Part shown: positions 25,020 through 37,800 of the stretch, one piece after another | Position numbering within the stretch: the stretch's first letter is position 1 | Layout: each line of letters starts with the position of its first letter | DNA from: Amoebidium appalachense | Taxonomy: Eukaryota; Protista; Ichthyosporea | DNA length: 64,000 nucleotides | Direction of reading: 5' to 3' | Assembly: GCA_963693365.1 (NCBI GenBank) | Contig: CAVNZM010000001.1 | Span: forward strand, 9,626,907 to 9,690,906 | The notes under the pieces: generated by a model | Seen by the model: the letters and a program-made list of their open reading frames with translations, nothing else | Told to the model about the DNA's origin: nothing | Databases searched by the model: none | Position numbers and translations under genes: made by a program

Positions 25020-25679
25020 TTTTTTTTTTTTTTTTTTTTTTGGCGACCAATGATCCGAAATAGATCATGATATATATTGATATATACTATGATATTATAT
25101 ATATACTATATCATGTGACTACCATTAAACGGCACGTAGTTGAGCAGTTGAACCACGATTTGCTCTCGTAGTTCCGGATTACCGGAAGTTTTGGCGTGCA
25201 TAAAAATTGGTTTTTATATAAATCAACTAAGAAAGTAGGAATATTCGGCACAAGCAGGCTAAAGCACATGCATACTAAATTAACATAGGGATAATACGCA
25301 TACGGCACGAAACCGTCCGTGGCACGATAGATTCGGTTTATGCCTGACTCTGAATAAACAAAAAGAGCATATGCAGAAGTATGCATGCCGGAGTCGACGG
25401 TACAAGCATGAATAAATTTCAATGGGGAGCAGCGCGGTTTTCGCTCACACATGTACAACCATGAACTGATAAGGGCAGTGCTTTAGACGGAGTGCCTAGG
25501 AGCTGTATTTGATCTCCGCTGTACATGTATCGAATATACTTTGGGCCTAGGGGTTACGAATTTACTCGAATAAAGCTGCAATAACAGGAACCAAGCATGC
25601 ACATATCAAGTAGTTGTTCCACAAGAAGAGCCCCCTCCCCCCCCCCCCCCCCCCCCCAAACACACACACACACATACAC

Positions 25680-25712
<33 letters not shown>

Positions 25713-26734
25713 AAGAAGAGCTAAAGAAAAACGATAGCTGTGCACGTATGTACATTCAATGATTTGAGGTTTGCGCAAGTGTATGGTGTGTGCACGTGTG
25801 TGTGTGCGCTTACGTGTTAACGTAAGCAAGTGCACAGTCTAGCTGGTGTCGTTGTCTGTGTGTGTGTGTGATTTAAGCATTACGTGTTGTGTGTGTGTGT
25901 GTGCGCGCGCGCAACTGTGAGCGTTTGTTGGTGTGTGCATGCATGTGTGCCGCGTGTGAGTTTGGGTGTGTACCCGAGACGTGTAAATGTGCCACGGCAC
26001 GTGCATGTGCATGCCTACACGTGCGCAGCGCATTTGTATTTGAGTAGGTGTGTGTAATACTATAACAAGTGTGTGTGTGTATGCGTGTGTGTGTGTACTC
26101 GCGTGTGTGAATTAAAGTGCACACGCGTGTCCGTGTATGTGCATGTACATCTGTACATGACGGTGAGTGCGCATGTTCCACGTGTGACCTTAACACGTGT
26201 GTGTTTGGTCCGAAGAAGTCGTGTGTTATGCAGTGTGAGTGAGTGGATGTGTGTGCCTGAGTGAGTGGTGTGTGTGTGAGTGTGTGAGTGTGTGAGTGTG
26301 TGAGTGTGTGTGTGTGTGTGTGTGTACGTGTGTGTGCAACCAATAGGTTCAACAAATGAGAACCTGTATGGTTTTACGACTCGTGTTCATGCTTGTGCTC
26401 AGGTTGGAAAATCACGTTGGCGGACAGTAATGGTGAAGGGTGGGATCTCTCTCTACCCCTCTCTCTCTCTCTGTCTCTCCCCCCCCCCCCCCCCCCCCCT
26501 CCCTCCCCTCTCTGTTTGTCTGTGTGCCTATGTGCTAGGGTAAACGTGTATTTGCCCCCCCCCCCCCCCCCCCCCCCCCCCTCCCCCCTTTGGTGGTGGT
26601 GGTGTTGGTGGTGCTGGTGGTGGTAATGGTGGTAGTGGCGGTGGTGGGGATGGGGGGGTAGGGGAGGGGGGGGGGGGGGGATTCGGTGGCCAATAATCAA
26701 TTGCAACATAAGTCCCTCAGTACGTGATGCCATA

Positions 26735-26950
26735 ATGCTTGCTGCTCCGACGTTCTCTATTATAAAGTTTTTACAGGTCCGCAACATACAGGCTAGACTC
26801 TCCACTAACACCCGGGAAATATATAGATATGGTTTTTCTCGTTCTAATTCGTATCCATACTCAGTTCAGATTGGTGTTTACATACATCAAACTGCCCAAT
26901 ATCTACAAAGAGGTATGGAGACTATTAATCCTAATATGGAACAAGAATAC
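26735..26950 (+). pseudogene. Possible highly degenerate Penelope-like RT thumb remnant
   Basis: IKFLQV...LST...IYRY.FS.SNSYPYSVQIGVYIHQ loosely resembles the FLDL...L.T...I..FP...SN.P.....GVYISQ signature. It is flanked by microsatellites. Confidence 0.3.
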
Positions 26951-27242
26951 AGCCTTCTGTGCGTGTGCACATGCATACACATTCGCTGCCGAGAGAGTTG
27001 AAAGTTTTGTTATGTGTGTGTGTGTGGGTCGAGGAGAGAAGGTGGGGGTGGAGGGTGTGTGTGTGTGTGTGTGTTGGGGGGGGGGGTAAAGGGGGGGGAG
27101 GGGGCGGCAGGAGGTGGAGGGGGGGGGGGAGGGGGGGGGGGGGGGGAGGGGGGAGGGTCTCAATGGGAGAGTTCAAACACGGGGGTCTCCAGGTAGGGGA
27201 TGGGGGTTGGAGGGTAAAATGGGTTGAAAATGAGACAGAGGC

Positions 27243-27276
<34 letters not shown>

Positions 27277-27656
27277 CCGCGTGTTAGAAATTGACATAAC
27301 CACATATCCCATTACATTCCCGTGTACACACACACGAGAATAGGAAACGCGTGGGTGCAGCATATGTGCTTGCACACATGCGCACATGTTTATCAAATTG
27401 CTACAGCGTCCTATAGAGGGCATCTAGGGTATAGGTCGTGTCTGTTGAAATACCGTAGCCCCTTTGAAGTTGTACGCTCCGAGGTTTAGCCCATAGATAA
27501 AATACAAACCCACAGATACGCGCAAGTACACACAAACACATACACACACGGCGAGAGAGGAGGGGAGTGGGGGAGGCTGAAGAGAGGGGGAGAGAGAGAG
27601 AGAGAGGAGGGAGGGGGGGGGAAGAGAGCGAGAGAGCGAGAGCGAGAGAGCGAGAG

Positions 27657-27726
<70 letters not shown>

Positions 27727-28399
27727 GGAGGGAGGGAGGGAGGGAGGGAGGGAGAGAGAGAAAGAGAGGTGGAGGGCGGGGAGGGGAGGGAGGGAGGGAG
27801 GGAGGGAGAGAGGAGGGGGGGGGGGGGGGGGGAGGGAGAGAGAGAGAGAGAGAGTCGCACGCGTGCCCCCACGGACAGACACACACAATACACACGCGCA
27901 CACCTACAGACTCACATACAACACACACGCACACATGCACACGCAGACACATGTGTAAATTTCCTACCCTTGTGCCCGTATTTGCTACTTTTGGTGAATG
28001 GAACACGCCCATACCTCACATCATAATCCATCCGTTAAGCCACATTTTCCCCACTACTCTAAAATCACGTGTAGACCAATTCTATGTTCATTTCTTGTCC
28101 GGGTGCTTCTAACCACATTTCGTCGGTTCTCACTGTCCCCATCACTCGGCTCCACCACGCCCCGTTCATACACTTCCTTTCTCAACGTTACATTCCTCCA
28201 ACAAGCGGCGACGAGATCTTCCCCTAGGAGGTGTCCACCCATCGAATCCCCAAACTGATGAACGAAAAAAAATCCCTGTTAATGTTGCATGTATTTCCAA
28301 AGCACGGGGAGAGAAGGGTGGGAAGACGGGACAATGTTATAGAGAGCAGGCTCAAGAGCGTATCTCACCCAAAAAACATAGATAGCGGCAGAGTCGTTT

Positions 28400-28564
28400 T
28401 TAGCTGCCGCTTTCCAGGGCCTTTCTCCTCAACGTGTTCATCAGCAGGATAATGCCAAGAAACGTAACGAGCTTGAACATGGCGCTGTTGTTAGTTTGCT
28501 TGTTCTCGTCAGGGGTGCGTGCCTCGCGAAACATCTTGCGGAAATCGGGAAGAACTCCACCCAT
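28400..28564 (-). CDS. Candidate 54-aa single-pass membrane microprotein
   Basis: MGGVLPDFRKMFREARTPDENKQTNNSAMFKLVTFLGIILLMNTLRRKALESGS*. It is below the ORF-track cutoff, has C/G-ending codons like the host exons, an acceptor-like TTGATTCCAG 21 nt upstream of the ATG, and a hydrophobic stretch followed by RRK. Confidence 0.45.
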   Translation of the reverse strand: MGGVLPDFRKMFREARTPDENKQTNNSAMFKLVTFLGIILLMNTLRRKALESGS

Positions 28565-29104
28565 TTTGCCTATGTCTTTCTCGTTCTGGAATCAAATGTT
28601 TTCTAAATTAAATTAGGTTCTATAAAATAGAAAAATAAGGGTTTAACTAAGGAGGAGGGAGCTTAGTTCTCTAGATTCAGTGCCGTGTACAACAGAAATC
28701 GTTTGGGTAACAGCCTGATGGTTCGCAAACTCGGGACAAGGAATGGTGAGCAGGTCTAAATGGTTCAAATGTGGGTGCTTTGACAAAAAGCTAACATGAT
28801 TGAAGTGGCACAGATAGCAGGCATATGCTAAAGCAGTTGTGCGGGTGCTCAAATTGAAGGACAAGTATGCCGAGGAAAAGGAAAACACAGTGCGCAGACC
28901 CTTCAACATCACAGGGACATGTACATTCGGTTTGTCGATTATCCGTTTTGGTGGGAAAGTAGGCCTAGATCTTAGATGGGCCAGTGAAAGTGGAGCCTGT
29001 AGGGGATATTGATACTACCAAAATGTAAGGGTGTTACTAAAAAAAGAACGAAAAAAAAAGAATTTTCAAGACCGCCGTGCTAAAAATAGACTTGGCTGTT
29101 GATC

Positions 29105-29156
29105 TTTGATTGGCCTACTACGCACTTCGTTTTTATTGGCTTACAGTGCATTGGTA
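29105..29156 (-). promoter_or_regulatory. Cluster of three CCAAT boxes, a possible promoter for the minus-strand microprotein gene
   Basis: ATTGG occurs at about 29109, 29135 and 29150 on the plus strand. Confidence 0.25.
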
Positions 29157-29369
29157 AGCACAAGAAAAAAAAAGAGAGAGATCTCAAGAGATCTTTCGAA
29201 AGGAAGGAAGAAAGAAAGGAAGAAAGAAAGAAAAGAAAAGGAAAAGAAAAGAAAGCCAAGAAAGAATGAAAGAAAAAGGATGGAACAAAAGAAGAAGTAT
29301 GGGGTCTTATCGATGAAGTGATTTTGTTAATAATTAAACGGTTTGATACATAATAAATTGTGTATATTC

Positions 29370-29663
29370 TGTTGTGTCCCTTGTGTGTATACGTGTGTTG
29401 AAGTGGGCTCTTTGAACGGAGTTATAGGGAAAAAGGCAACGCGACACCAACACTGGGGGTTAACGGGAACTCACTCGTTTCCCTAACCCTTTACTATCGG
29501 CTCTCTGCACAGCACAGAGCGCAGGCTGATGTACGGGAAGGTGTCTCCAGGACGTACGTAGGCGCACTCATTGAATTCCTCATCTATATATGGAGCGCCA
29601 GGCTCGTATCCTATTGGCTACTATTTGATGGTATTTTACCCCATATGACGCAATCACACCACA
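29370..29663 (-). repeat. 3' LTR of the outer Gypsy (294 bp)
   Basis: Bounded by the TSD and the PPT; its terminal 53 bp are duplicated at 44835-44887. Confidence 0.85.
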
Positions 29664-29816
29664 GTACCCCCCCCTTAAGATCCTTCGTCCTCGAAGGAGT
29701 GAGTGATAGGGTGAGATATATGTGAAAAAAAACGACATATAGTTATCAGCATCAGCTTACGATCTGTGTTGTGAGGAATGGTTCCTAACGAACCAATCAC
29801 AGCCATGTGCTAAATT

Positions 29817-30309
29817 TTATACGGGCAGATCCTGATCTTCCTGCACGTGGGGAAGAGGGGTCTGTGTCCGATCAAATTTAGACTCAAACTCAGCAATTAA
29901 TTTTGCACATGACCTCAATTGTGTTTTATCCATCCACACAGGATTATCACGTCGGTCAGCTTTAAGGCGGACCAGATATTTCTGTGTAGGTAGAGCACGC
30001 CGGTTTCGTAAAGAAACGGGGTGTTCTATCTTCATATCTAGAATGGCCTCTATTTCGACTTCATCATCTGCAACAATGTTCCAACCATGTGACTGACCAG
30101 TCACAGGGAGGTCATCATTGTTAGGCATAGCGCCACGTACAGAGAGAGGCACTTCTAGATTAATATCATTCACATTGAGAATACGAATATCATTTAAATC
30201 TTGCTTATTTCTGACCCTATAAGCTAATTCTCCCACTTGCTTGACCACCTCAAATCCGTGGTGCCAACGAGGGGAAAATTTACCTGGATGCTCAGAAGTA
30301 TTTCTAATC
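29817..30309 (-). pseudogene. pol: Outer Gypsy integrase C-terminus: GPY/F-like region plus chromodomain
   Basis: IRNTSEHPGKFSPRWHHGFEVVKQVGELAYRV...VEIEAILDMK...KYLVRLK......WMDKTQLRSCAKLIAEFE. It joins in frame to FRGDPVMI (43614 onward) when the Copia and one TSD are removed. Confidence 0.88.
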
Positions 30310-30616
30310 TGTCGAACAGGATAGCCATCCGGTATGCCCTGCGTTAGCGTAGCACTAGTGATCGGGAATATTCGAGATATTCGGGATAAACTGGTGGATA
30401 GGTTCACGATAGATCAGGATAGATCTAGTTGAAGAGTCTAGAAGATTCTATTGGAGTGTTTTGATTGGTAGCGACTAGATCCATAGCGGCGGGTAGACCA
30501 ATCGGGAATAGTATGTAACATTCCAGTGAGCCAGACCACAAGTATATAAAGGTCCCGGCGGCCAGTCAATGCAAGTCAGCAAATAATAAAGTCTCACAGA
30601 GAAACCTCTAAGTTAC
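30310..30616 (+). repeat. Copia 5' LTR
   Basis: TGTCGAACAGG...AAGTTAC; contains TATATAAA and AATAAA. Confidence 0.95.
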
Positions 30617-30664
30617 GGTTACGGACCCAGTACAACGCTACGATCAAGCGACTGTTGAGACAAG

Positions 30665-32165
30665 ATGGGAAGAGCAAAATGTCCAGTTCCCATGTATGAA
30701 GGAGAAGGCAAGGGCAAAATCTCCTACTCAATGTGGGCCATGCGCATGAAGTGCTTCCTCGAGGGCGAGGAATTATGGTACACGATTGAAGACGTGGCTC
30801 CTGAAGTGATAGGAGAGGACGGCGAACCGGTGGAGCAACCTCCGGTGGAGATCGACCCCTTGGATCAGAAGAAGGCGACTTCCTACCTGGTGGAGACACT
30901 AGGTGATGTACCTGCAAGCCTGTGTCGGCGAGCTATTGCCGTAGGAAATCCCAAGGACATATGGGATACGGTAGCATCATACGCTGCGCGCAACACAGAT
31001 GAGCACAAGAGAATGTTGATTCAACAGTTCTGGCGTGCTGATATGATGCCGACGGAAAGCGTGCTGGAGTATGCGGCCCGCCTGGAGTGCATTGTGCAGG
31101 ATCTTCTTCATATCGATCCCAATGGAGTTAGTGAGGACATGGTTGCCGAGAAATTCCTGGACGGTGTAGGCGCTGACGACCGATTCCGCACCGACGTTAG
31201 GACCATTCAAGCTTTACCAGCAGCTGAGAAGACAACGGAAAAGATAATCGCCAAGCTGCGTGGTTTTGAGGAGAACGAGGCTGCAAGGGAACAGCAGCGG
31301 GTGATGATGACCAGCACCCAATGGCGCGGCGGTACGCCACGACAGGACACCGGCAAGCCGCGCGTGACTGACATATCCAAGGTGGAGTGTTACAAATGTC
31401 ACAAGTTTGGGCACTACAAGTCACAGTGTCCAAAGAAGAAGAAGGGCGGCAATCGCGGCGACAAGGCGAAGCAGAACGGAGCTTCCAAGGAGATACTCGC
31501 CATCCCGGTAAACAGCGGACTCCCTTCTTCAACTGAGTGGTATTGGGACTGCGGCGCAACCTCCCATGTCACATGCCGAAAGGACTGGATGGAAGACTTC
31601 CGGTCGATCACACCCAAACCCGTCGCTCTGGGTAACACCCCGGGTGTGATGGCGCTAGGAATAGGCGTCGTAAGATTAACAAGTGAGTTCCAGGGCAACA
31701 GCATGACATTTAGACTGCAGAATGTGCTGTACGTGCCAGCATTTGGAACTAACGTGATGTCGGCTTCAAGCGCCGGCAAGCACGGGTTAAGAGGCATCAC
31801 CGACGGTCGACAGTGTACGATTGAGAGTGCCACAGATGGCCAAGTTGTGGCCCGTGGGGTAGTGGAGGGAGGCCTGTATCGTCTCCTAGTGAAACCCGTA
31901 TGTGAGAGCGTGAACATGGTGACCACTGCAGTCGGCAGCAGTGGGGGTAACACCGTGTGTGAGCCGGTAAAGGGCAGCGCCAGTTTATGGCACCGGCGGT
32001 TTGGTCATGTGGCAATAAACACGCTACAGAAGATGGTTAAAGAAAACATCGTCGAGGGTCTGTGCATCGACTGCAAACCCCAGGATGACGGTGTGTGCGA
32101 GGGATGCGCGAGAGGGAAGCAAGCCCGGCTCTCTTTCAGTAAGCTACCCCGCAAGACAGCGCCAG
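30665..32165 (+). CDS. gag-pol: Copia polyprotein, 5' part: Gag, CCHC zinc knuckle, protease, integrase HHCC
   Basis: YSMWAMRMKCFL...LW, CYKCHKFGHYKSQC, WYWDCGATSH, LQNVLYVP, LWHRRFGH...CEGCARGK. The track ORF extends to 32266 only by reading into the Gypsy LTR. Confidence 0.95.
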
Positions 32166-32880
32166 TGTCGTATCCTAATGTATGTGTACTAGAGACGCGG
32201 CACTCTACTAAGTGTACACACACGAAAAGGAACGAACGTGTACAGAAAAACGGTAAAGTTTATTAAGACCAGGCTCCGACGGGCAAACTTAGATCCGTAC
32301 GGATTGAGTCTAAGTTACGACTGAGGCCATCAAGGCCGTGCCCTACAAGATCATCATCACCTGGCCCCCTACGATGCCACATTCCATTAACATTCCGATC
32401 TACTTTTATCGTGCGCCTGCACGAGCTAAGTCGATCTACTCAACTAATATATTTATCCAAGTCTCACCCCTCACCCTCCCCCTAGTGGCACCGCAGAGTC
32501 TAAATCTACATTTCATACTATCCTCCCCCCCCCTCCCTCCCCCCCTTTCCTCTACATCTAAATATATAAATACGTTTGGCAACATATACTATCAAACCTT
32601 GCCAATCCTTACAAAAGGGCTTCTGCCCGAACAATGACATTCCTAAGTCCTCCTACGATCTATCCTACACACTAATTAGAATTCTATTGGACGGCTGTCC
32701 CGGCTGACGTGGTCCAATGCCCTGCGCCGGCAGAGGCAAGATGCACGCAGCTGTACAGCTATCTTGAGGCCCCGGACTTGATCTTGATGATCTGTGGACC
32801 CGGGCCACCCCCCCCCCCCCCCCCCCCCGATCTCGATCGTAGACTTAGGCTAATCTGCTGAGACGGATTAGTATATGTCA
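32166..32880 (-). repeat. Inner Gypsy 3' LTR (715 bp)
   Basis: Direct repeat of 39801-40519. Confidence 0.97.
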
Positions 32881-33083
32881 ACTCCCCCCCCGGCCCCCGG
32901 AAAAGCTGAGTCCCACCTCAGTCACATTACATCTAACACCCCCTAAAAAGACATAGACTAATCAGTCTCCTAAAAAAAATTAAATTAAATAAATTACGAA
33001 GAAAAATAATAAATTAATCTACACCATAAGCTTGATACCTACGGAGACACCTATGATAATAAATTAAATTCCTACGACTACGT

Positions 33084-34887
33084 TCACACTCCTCCTCGGT
33101 CTCCTCCCCTCCCTCCCCCTCCCCCCGTGTGTCTACGTGTATTTGCATCACTCCCCCCCCGGCCCCCTCCCCCCACCGACTTTTTCACACCACGATTAAA
33201 CTGAGGAATAACTCTCTTTGGCCGAGAGGGAGCACTAGGCAACTCCCTCTGCACTAATCTAGCCTCATAAGCACGAATAGAAAACGGGCAATCCAAATGA
33301 AACTCAGGCAACCACTGATCTTCCTGATAACCTCCCTCAAAACGAATTAAATAATAATTTACCTTACCTTCCTTACCTTCGATAACCTTTTTATCCATAA
33401 TTTTATCTACTGCAGCCTCCGATACATCCACCGACCCGTCATAGTCGGGGGTGAATGCATCTAACACTCGACGGCCCTCCGGCCGTTTAACCCTAAGGGC
33501 CCTATCATAATATTCCTTTATATCATCTACATTATAAAATCTAACATCACTCTCATTATCTAACCTCTGCACCTTATATTCCGTCGGACCTAACCTAGCC
33601 ACTATTTTATACGGACCGATAAAAAGAGGCAACCATTTCTTACCATACTTACGAAGACCTTCACCTTCACCCTTACCTTCCTGCTCCTGCTTATATCTCT
33701 TCTTCCTAGTATGATCCCTAATTAAAACTAAAGTACCCTCGGCAAATTCACGTAACGGACGTGTGGACACGTCTGTACGTGCCTGTGCCTGCTGTGTACG
33801 GGCCAGAGCTGCATCACGTGCAGCCCGGGCCCGGGTTAGTAGCTGCTCCCGGAACTCAGTCCAGTGGGGATAAGTTAGTCGGTCAGCCCCCCCCATCGGC
33901 AAAAGTGCCGTATCTAACAAACTAATAGCCTCCTGCCCATAGACCAAATAAAACGGAGAAAAACCAGTCACAGCATGAGGGGTAGAATTATATGAATGAG
34001 CAATAAACCTAGACATATGATCCCAATCATTAGCCTCCACATCCACCATTTTGCCAAAGGACTTCTGAAACACTGCATGCCCACGTTCAGAGATGGCATT
34101 TGCTTGAGGGTGATATGCAGACGTAGTGATATGAGCTACCCTTAAAATTTTACACACCTCCGACACCAACTGATTTAAAAACACACGACTCCTATCCGTT
34201 AACAAAACACGAGGACAACCAAACCTAAGACAAATTTCATCCACAAAAATACGAGCAAACAAAACGGCATTAGCAGTGGGGAGAGGAAAAACTTCAACCC
34301 AACGAGTGGCCACATCGGTGACGGTAACAAGAACAGTGTTACCCTCAACCGTAGAATTAAAAGGACCGACCACATCCACTGCTACCCTTTCAAACATACG
34401 AACATTAAAATCCCTAATAAACGACGGGCGGGAACGAGAGTGGGGACTCTCATTCCTTTCCTGACAATGCATGCATGACAACACATAATCCCTCACCTCC
34501 CTACTCATACCCGGCCAAAAATACGAACGATTAACACGAAGCAACGTCCTATTTACACCTAAATGACCAGCCATGGGATGCTCATGCACCATATGCAAAA
34601 CCTCAGGCACAAGTGCCGTCGGGACCCAAACTCGGTGTCCGTCTGGCCCAGAACAATGATAAACTAAATCCTGCTCTACCTGACACATTTTTGCTAACTT
34701 AGCTACCTTAATCATCTGCCTTTTATTTGTAAATTTAATCGAATCAACCGGCCCCTTTAAATAATTCTTAACCAGACCAATCAACACATCTTCCTCCTGA
34801 GCTAAGATCAAAGCCGTAGGTGCTAAGGCAGGGGCCGAGCCATGAGACTCGGTCCCGACCTCAGACACCGACAAATACCTCCCCCCC
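33084..34887 (-). CDS. pol: Inner Gypsy integrase plus chromodomain
   Basis: HEHPMAGHLG...YFWPGM...CMHCQ; VAVDVVGP, LLTDRS, YHPQANAISER; FIGPYKI; VDKIMDKK...YYLIRFEGGY...WLPEFHLDC. Separated from RT-RH by a one-base shift in a G7 run at 34881-34887. Confidence 0.95.
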
Positions 34888-37800
34888 TCTCCTACACTTA
34901 TAAGCAAGCAACCCCGGAACCCAAGAAGACACATCCACAGACACAGCATCTATTCCTTTCTGCTCACTCGCCCCCCCTTCCCCCCCCTCCCCCCCCCGTC
35001 TCTCACTATCCCCCCCTCCCCCCTCCTTCTCTTCTTCAAACAAAATATAAGCAGCACGAGAGAGAGCATCACAGTCGACCATTGTTTCACCCTTGGCATA
35101 AAACAATTTATAGGAGAACTCACCGAGAGCCGCGGCCCACTTCTGCATCCTCTCGTTGACCAGACGAGTGGTGCCGGCCATGGCTAGGCAGGGCTTGTGG
35201 TCGGTGTAGACCTCAAACGTCCTGCCTGCGAGTATATACCTCCATGCCTGTGAGACTGCCCAAAAGATAGCATGGGACTCTCTCTCCGGATTGCTATATC
35301 TACGTTCACTTTTACTAAATGAACGACTAGCATAAGCAATCACTCTATCCTGCCCCTCCTGCACTTGATATAACACGGCCCCCTCAGCAACCTTACTTGC
35401 ATCGCACCGAACTTTAAACATCCCCCCCCCGGCCGAAAAATCAGGATGAACAAGCATACTCGAAGACTGCAAAGCTAACTTAAGCTTTTCGAAAGCAGAA
35501 ACAGCATCAACATTCCAATCTATTCTATTCTTCTTCTCCCCCCCCGTCTGACTAGTTAACGGCAAAGCAAGCATACTATAGTCCTTAATATAACGACGAA
35601 GATAATTAGTTAAACCTAAAAATTGCCTTAGTTGAGTGACAGTCTGAGGACGGGGCCACTCAACTATGGCCCGGATTTTCTCCGGATCAGGGGAAAGACC
35701 ATTACTAGACACAATATGACCTAAAAACTTAACCTCCGGCACACCAATCACAGTCTTGCTACCGCTAATACGAAGACCAGACTCACCCAAAGCTAAAAAT
35801 ACTTTTTCACAATTATTAACTAACTCCTCAAATGACCTACCTTTAATTAAAACATCATCCAAATAAGGGTGGCATACATCCAAATGAGGGTGGAGAATTT
35901 TATACATTACCCGGCACAACATAGCTGGAGAGGAGAGCAAACCCATCGGCACCACCTTGTACTGGAACAGCTGGTCACCCAGTGCAAAGGCAGTCTTCTC
36001 CTTGCTGCTCTCCTCCAACCTTATCTGCCAAAAAGCTGCTTTTAAATCAAGTTTAGCAAAGTGAGTATAGCCGTGCAGCTGTGAAAGCTGCTCGTCTATG
36101 TTAGGGAGAGGCCATTGGTCTGCCTTAGTGATCCGATTCAGAGCCCTGTAATCGTTCACTAGGCGCCAAGACCCGTCGGGCTTCTTAACCAATAGCACCG
36201 GACTTCTCCACGGACTCGAACTATGCTCCACATGACCCTTTTTTAACATATCACTCACTATTATTAGCGCATCCGACAATTTATACTGCTCCATTCTATA
36301 GCTAGGCATCACTACCGGCCTATTATCACCTGTGTCGATCTGCATTTCAAACCCTTTAACGAAGCCTACTTCGTTATCATCGGCCAGAAATGCAAACCGA
36401 GTCCTATCAAATAACTTAGCTAGCAATTTTTTCTGTTCTACCGTCCAATCCCCCTCCTTCATACCAAACGGCAATACTAACTCCGGGTTACCCCCATCAC
36501 AAGTGGATGCATCCTTATTCACCGGAGTGCCACTTAACATTTCACCTCCTGTATTACATCGGTGCTGCTCGGGGTGAGGTTGAGGTACCTCCGGATATAG
36601 GCGGTCACCCTTAGCACCCCCCCCTCCCCCCGGCACACCAATGCCCCCGGGCAATTCCTGATGAGTTAGTGCATGTATGTGGGGGGCCAGGTCTGTGGCC
36701 ACCCTGCCCCCCACGGTGTTGGTTAACCCGTCAGATCCACGGGTTAGACCAACACCCTCCCCCCTTGCCTGCACATTCTCACACCCGGGGTGACCCTCCT
36801 TCCTCTTGGGGGTCGGGGGAGTGGGACCGGTGCTGTCCCGGTCCCCCCCCCCATCGTGTCGGGTGACATTTTGGTGGCTAACGTTAAATAAAGTTGTTCC
36901 CCCTCCTCCTGAGTCACCCTTCGAGCCGGCATCCTCCTTTTGGGTAATAAGAGAGACCTCTATACTACCAATCTCATTAGTGAAACTACCGACGGAAACA
37001 CCTGACCTAATCACTATAGGCTCGATGCCCGGATTCACTAATTCTATTTCTATTGTCTTATCCGGCCATACCCTACTAAGGGTCCATTGGGCCACCTCCT
37101 GAAATGGGGTTTTCGGAGTAAAAACCCCTAAATCCCCTATCCTAACATGATTGCCGGCCCGGACACGTACCGTTTGGCACTGATAAGGCTCGATTACTAC
37201 TTCAGCTACCGTTCTAGCACCAGACTGATAACCGTCGAGCCCATCATGGGTTTTAATTTTAACGCCGGACTGCAATTCTAAAACATTCGTACGTTCAAAC
37301 AAAGCATTCACATGTCTACGGAAAAATGGGGCTCCCAACAAAACACTTTGAGCTAAATCCTTAACCACATAACAAGCAATATGCATAGCCTGGCCACCTA
37401 TCTCACACGGCAACACACAAACACCTTCCACAGACATACTACTATTATTAGCACTACCTAAGGCTGTGCTAGAAGCATCTAATATAGGAATTTCCCCCCC
37501 GGCCTGATTAAAACGACGAATAAACGAAGCATGCACACAATTAACCTGAGCCCCTCCATCGAGCAAAGCAACAGCCTTCAACTTACCATCAGCTAACCAT
37601 ACGTCTATATAATGCCGGCTAAAACCAACTAAATCCTCCTCCAATTCAAGCAACACATCATCACTCACTCCCAATCCCTGCCCACGAAGACTCACACCCT
37701 CGATACCTATGTGCAACATACCTACCTGTGGTGCCTGCACGGGTGGGGTGGGGTGTGTATGTGATGTGGGTGGTGGTGGAGTGTGTGTGTGTGATGTGTG

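Noticed and set aside
30310-30407. N-terminus of ORF 29817..30407
   Set aside because: It is read-through from the antisense Copia LTR; the true upstream sequence is at 43614 onward.
32309-32319. 11-mer TCTAAGTTACG shared by the Copia LTR end and the Gypsy LTR
   Set aside because: It is a single short AT-rich match with no extended homology, so probably chance.
32338-32637. Identical 99-aa ORFs at 32338 and 39973
   Set aside because: They lie inside the two LTR copies, antisense to the element, with no recognisable domain.
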